Of a stretch of DNA of 64,000 nucleotides, positions 61,284-64,000 are shown one piece after another (within the stretch, counting starts at the first letter, position 1; each line of letters begins with the position of its first letter). The DNA lies in contig CAWCPV010000003.1 in assembly GCA_963797555.1 (NCBI GenBank), positions 416,001 through 480,000 of the forward strand, given 5' to 3'. A program made the translations under genes and the position numbers. The notes under the pieces were generated by a model. It saw nothing but the letters and a program-made list of their open reading frames with translations, was not told where the DNA came from and did no database searches. The stretch is from an uncultured Gammaproteobacteria bacterium. Its GTDB lineage: Bacteria; Pseudomonadota; Gammaproteobacteria; CAWCPV01.

Positions 61284-64000
61284 TAAATGGTACTACAGCC
61301 CGGACCACGGGCAGCTCTGTCAGGTCATCGAAACCCAGACGCTCTGGGGTGAGACGACCTGCCGCGTCTGGCTGCCCGGGCGTGACTCCGTGGTCCGCAT
61401 CCCGGCTTCCAGGCTCAAGCCCCTGGAGAGCCGCGGTACCGGTTCGCCGGACGATATCGCCTACGTCGCTGCCGCCGCGCGGGTGGCCGACGCCCTGACC
61501 CAGGACGTTCTGCTCGCACCCATCGAGTCCTCCGTCATCCCGCTGCCGCACCAGATTCGGGCCCTGTCCCGCGCCATCGCCAACGACCGGGTGCGCTATC
61601 TGCTGGCGGACGAGGTCGGCTTGGGCAAGACCATCGAGGCCGGGCTCATCATGCGGGAGCTGAAGCTCCGCGGGCTGGTCAAGCGGACGCTGGTCGTTGC
61701 CCCGAAAGGACTGGTGAGCCAGTGGGTCAGCGAGATGCGCTTTCACTTCGGGGAGACCTTCCAGCTCGTGCTGCCCGAGGACATCAAGACACTGAAGCGG
61801 ATTGCCCCGACGACGGGTCCGGGAAGGGGCGAGCGTGGCAATCACGACCTGAAGGTTCTTCCCGCCAACGCCTGGCAGATGTTCTCCCAGATGGTCGTGC
61901 CGATGGATTCGGTCAAGCCCCTGGACAAGCGCCGCGGATGGAGCGCCGCCCAGGTGGGCGAGTACAACCGCGAGCGGTTCGAGGACCTGATCTCTGCCGG
62001 CTGGGACCTGGTCATCGTCGACGAGGCGCATCGCCTCGGCGGCAGCACCGACCAGGTAGCCCGCTTCAAGCTGGGCCAGGGGCTCTCCGAGGCCGCGCCG
62101 TATCTCCTGCTGCTTTCGGCCACCCCGCACCAGGGCAAGACCGACGCCTTCCATCGGCTCGTCTCCTTGATCGACGCCCAGGCGTTCCCGGACATCGGCA
62201 GCGTCACCCGCGAGCGGGTCCAGCCGTATGTGATCCGCACCGAGAAACGCCGCGCCATCGACGCCGAGGGGAAGCCGCTGTTCAAACCCCGGCGAACCGA
62301 GCTTGGGCCGGTCTCCTGGCAAGAGCGCCACCGCGATCAGCAGCTCCTCTACGAGGCGGTCACCGAGTACGTCCGCGAGGGCTACAACCAGGCGATGCGG
62401 GAGAAGCGCAGCTACATCGGCTTCCTGATGATCCTGATGCAGCGCCTGGTGGTCTCCAGCACGAGCGCCATCCGCACCACCCTCGAAAAGCGGCTGGAGG
62501 TGCTCGCCGAGCCCGAGGAACAACTGACCCTGTTCCCGCTCACGTCCGAGGACGAATGGGCGGACCTGGACGGCCAGGAGCAGATGGACGTGCTCCTTCG
62601 CACCCGCCTCAAGGCGCTCAAGAACGAGCGCGCCGAGGTCAGGCTGTTGTTGGAGGCCGCGGCCCGCTGTGAGCAGGCCGGTCCGGACGCCAAGGCCGAG
62701 GCGCTGCTCGACTGGCTCTACCGCCTTCAGTCCGAGGAAGGCGACCCGGAGCTCAAGGCGCTGGTGTTCACCGAGTTCGTGCCCACCCAGGAGATGCTGC
62801 AGCGGTTCCTGACCGAGCGGGGATTTTCGGTCGTTTGCCTCAACGGCTCCATGGACATGGAGGAGCGCAAGCGGGTCCAGGAGGCATTCGCCCAGGACGC
62901 CCGCATTCTCGTCTCCACCGACGCTGGTGGCGAGGGGTTGAACCTCCAGTTCTGCCATGTGGTGGTCAACTACGACATTCCCTGGAACCCGATGCGCATC
63001 GAGCAGCGGATCGGCCGGGTGGATCGTATCGGGCAGTCCCATACCGTGCGCGCGGTCAACCTGGTCTTCGAGGACTCGGTCGAGCACCGGGTCCGGGAAG
63101 TGCTGGAGCAGAAGCTCGCCGTCATCTTCGAGGAGTTCGGCATCGACAAGACCGGTGACGTGCTCGATTCGGCGCAGGCCGGCCGGATGTTCGACGAGAT
63201 GTATGTCGAGGCGATCCTTCATCCCGAAACGGTCGATGAGTCGGTGGACAGCGTGGTCGCCCGACTGCGGGAGGAGGTGCGCGAGGCGCGCGCGACCGCA
63301 TCGGTGCTCGGCGCGAGCGAGGAGCTGGAGCCCGGCGCAGCCCAGCGGCTGCTGAGCCACCCCTTGCCGCATTGGGTGGAGCGCATGACCGTGAGCTATC
63401 TGAAGGCTCATGGGGGCCGGGCGGAGAGGAAGGGCCAGGGCTGGAACCTGACCTGGCCCGACGGCCAGACTTACGACAATGTCGTCTTTACGGGCAAGGA
63501 GGCCGAGAGGCTTCCGGCCGCCCGCCATCTCACTCTGGAAGACCCGAAGGTCCGCGGCCTGGCTATGCGGCTTCCCCGCTTCGCGCCCGGCCAGCCGGTC
63601 CCGGTGGTGTCGATCCCGAGCCTTGCCGAGGAGGTCCGGGGCATCTGGTCCCTGTGGCGGATCGCCATCGCCGCCGCGGAGTGGAACCGCCGTAGGATCA
63701 TGCCTCTCTTTCTGGCCGACAACGGCAGGGTCTTCATGCCGACGGCCAGACACATCTGGGACCAGCTCCTCGGGGCCAGCCCGAAGGTCCGGGCCACTCT
63801 CGATCCCGACGCCTCGCAGGCCGCCTTCGCGCAGCTCCAGAAGGTCGCGGAGGAGCACGGGCGGCCCATCTACGAGGCGCTCGTGCAGGAGCACCAGGCC
63901 CGCATCGCCCGCGAGCGCGAGAAGGCCGACTACGCCTTCGCCGCCCGCCGCAGGACCATCGAGCGGAGCGGCCTGTCGCAGGTGCGCCACCATCGCCTGA
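61246..64000 (+). CDS. brxHII: BREX-3 SNF2-type helicase BrxHII (runs off the window, so absent from the ORF track)
   Basis: Translation of + strand segments: MLATTEQQLPTASKWYYSPDHGQLCQVIE..., PLPHQ, LLADEVGLGKTIEAG, IVDEAH, LSATPHQG, STDAGGEGLNLQ, WNPMRIEQRIGRVDRIGQ. Start and window end are in the same frame. Confidence 0.9.
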   Translation, partial: MLATTEQQLPTASKWYYSPDHGQLCQVIETQTLWGETTCRVWLPGRDSVVRIPASRLKPLESRGTGSPDDIAYVAAAARVADALTQDVLLAPIESSVIPLPHQIRALSRAIANDRVRYLLADEVGLGKTIEAGLIMRELKLRGLVKRTLVVAPKGLVSQWVSEMRFHFGETFQLVLPEDIKTLKRIAPTTGPGRGERGNHDLKVLPANAWQMFSQMVVPMDSVKPLDKRRGWSAAQVGEYNRERFEDLISAGWDLVIVDEAHRLGGSTDQVARFKLGQGLSEAAPYLLLLSATPHQGKTDAFHRLVSLIDAQAFPDIGSVTRERVQPYVIRTEKRRAIDAEGKPLFKPRRTELGPVSWQERHRDQQLLYEAVTEYVREGYNQAMREKRSYIGFLMILMQRLVVSSTSAIRTTLEKRLEVLAEPEEQLTLFPLTSEDEWADLDGQEQMDVLLRTRLKALKNERAEVRLLLEAAARCEQAGPDAKAEALLDWLYRLQSEEGDPELKALVFTEFVPTQEMLQRFLTERGFSVVCLNGSMDMEERKRVQEAFAQDARILVSTDAGGEGLNLQFCHVVVNYDIPWNPMRIEQRIGRVDRIGQSHTVRAVNLVFEDSVEHRVREVLEQKLAVIFEEFGIDKTGDVLDSAQAGRMFDEMYVEAILHPETVDESVDSVVARLREEVREARATASVLGASEELEPGAAQRLLSHPLPHWVERMTVSYLKAHGGRAERKGQGWNLTWPDGQTYDNVVFTGKEAERLPAARHLTLEDPKVRGLAMRLPRFAPGQPVPVVSIPSLAEEVRGIWSLWRIAIAAAEWNRRRIMPLFLADNGRVFMPTARHIWDQLLGASPKVRATLDPDASQAAFAQLQKVAEEHGRPIYEALVQEHQARIAREREKADYAFAARRRTIERSGLSQVRHHRL

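Noticed and set aside
61210-63993. 927-aa ORF on the - strand
   Set aside because: Codon-aligned antisense shadow of the + strand helicase, which has all SF2 motifs. The same applies to 57374-59302, 45112-47103, 43216-44730 and other long GC-rich antisense ORFs.

Overview
GC-rich bacterial window, probably from a gammaproteobacterium (inferred from gene content). It has many single-base frameshifts, most likely long-read errors. Three zones are visible. (1) 1-4.9 kb is a nested mobile-element pile: an RT-deleted group II intron (- strand) sits inside a short GGGGTC...GACCCC element and is itself interrupted by an IS21 (7-bp target duplication) and an IS630 (TA duplication). (2) 5.3-48.4 kb is mostly housekeeping: sigma-54 activator, QseBC-like two-component pair, PfkB kinase, gcvT-gcvH-gcvPA-tpx-gcvPB, tkt-gap-pgk-pyk-fba, metK-ahcY, an mscS broken by a mini-IS200, YiiX-like amidase with fadE-fadI-fadJ, cobalamin riboswitch-btuB-pduO, rpe-gph-trpE, gltBD. 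(3) 49.2-64 kb is a type-3 BREX defence island (brxF, brxC/pglY, pglXI, brxHII running off the end). It carries tightly coupled cargo: an uncharacterised two-gene module, an RHH-PIN toxin-antitoxin pair and a GmrSD-like nuclease. The most striking feature is a REP-associated HUH tyrosine transposase (RAYT) domain with intact catalytic motifs, bounded by REP hairpins and inserted apparently in frame inside the BREX methyltransferase. A second REP pair lies further into the same gene. All family names come from motif recognition; no database searches were run.
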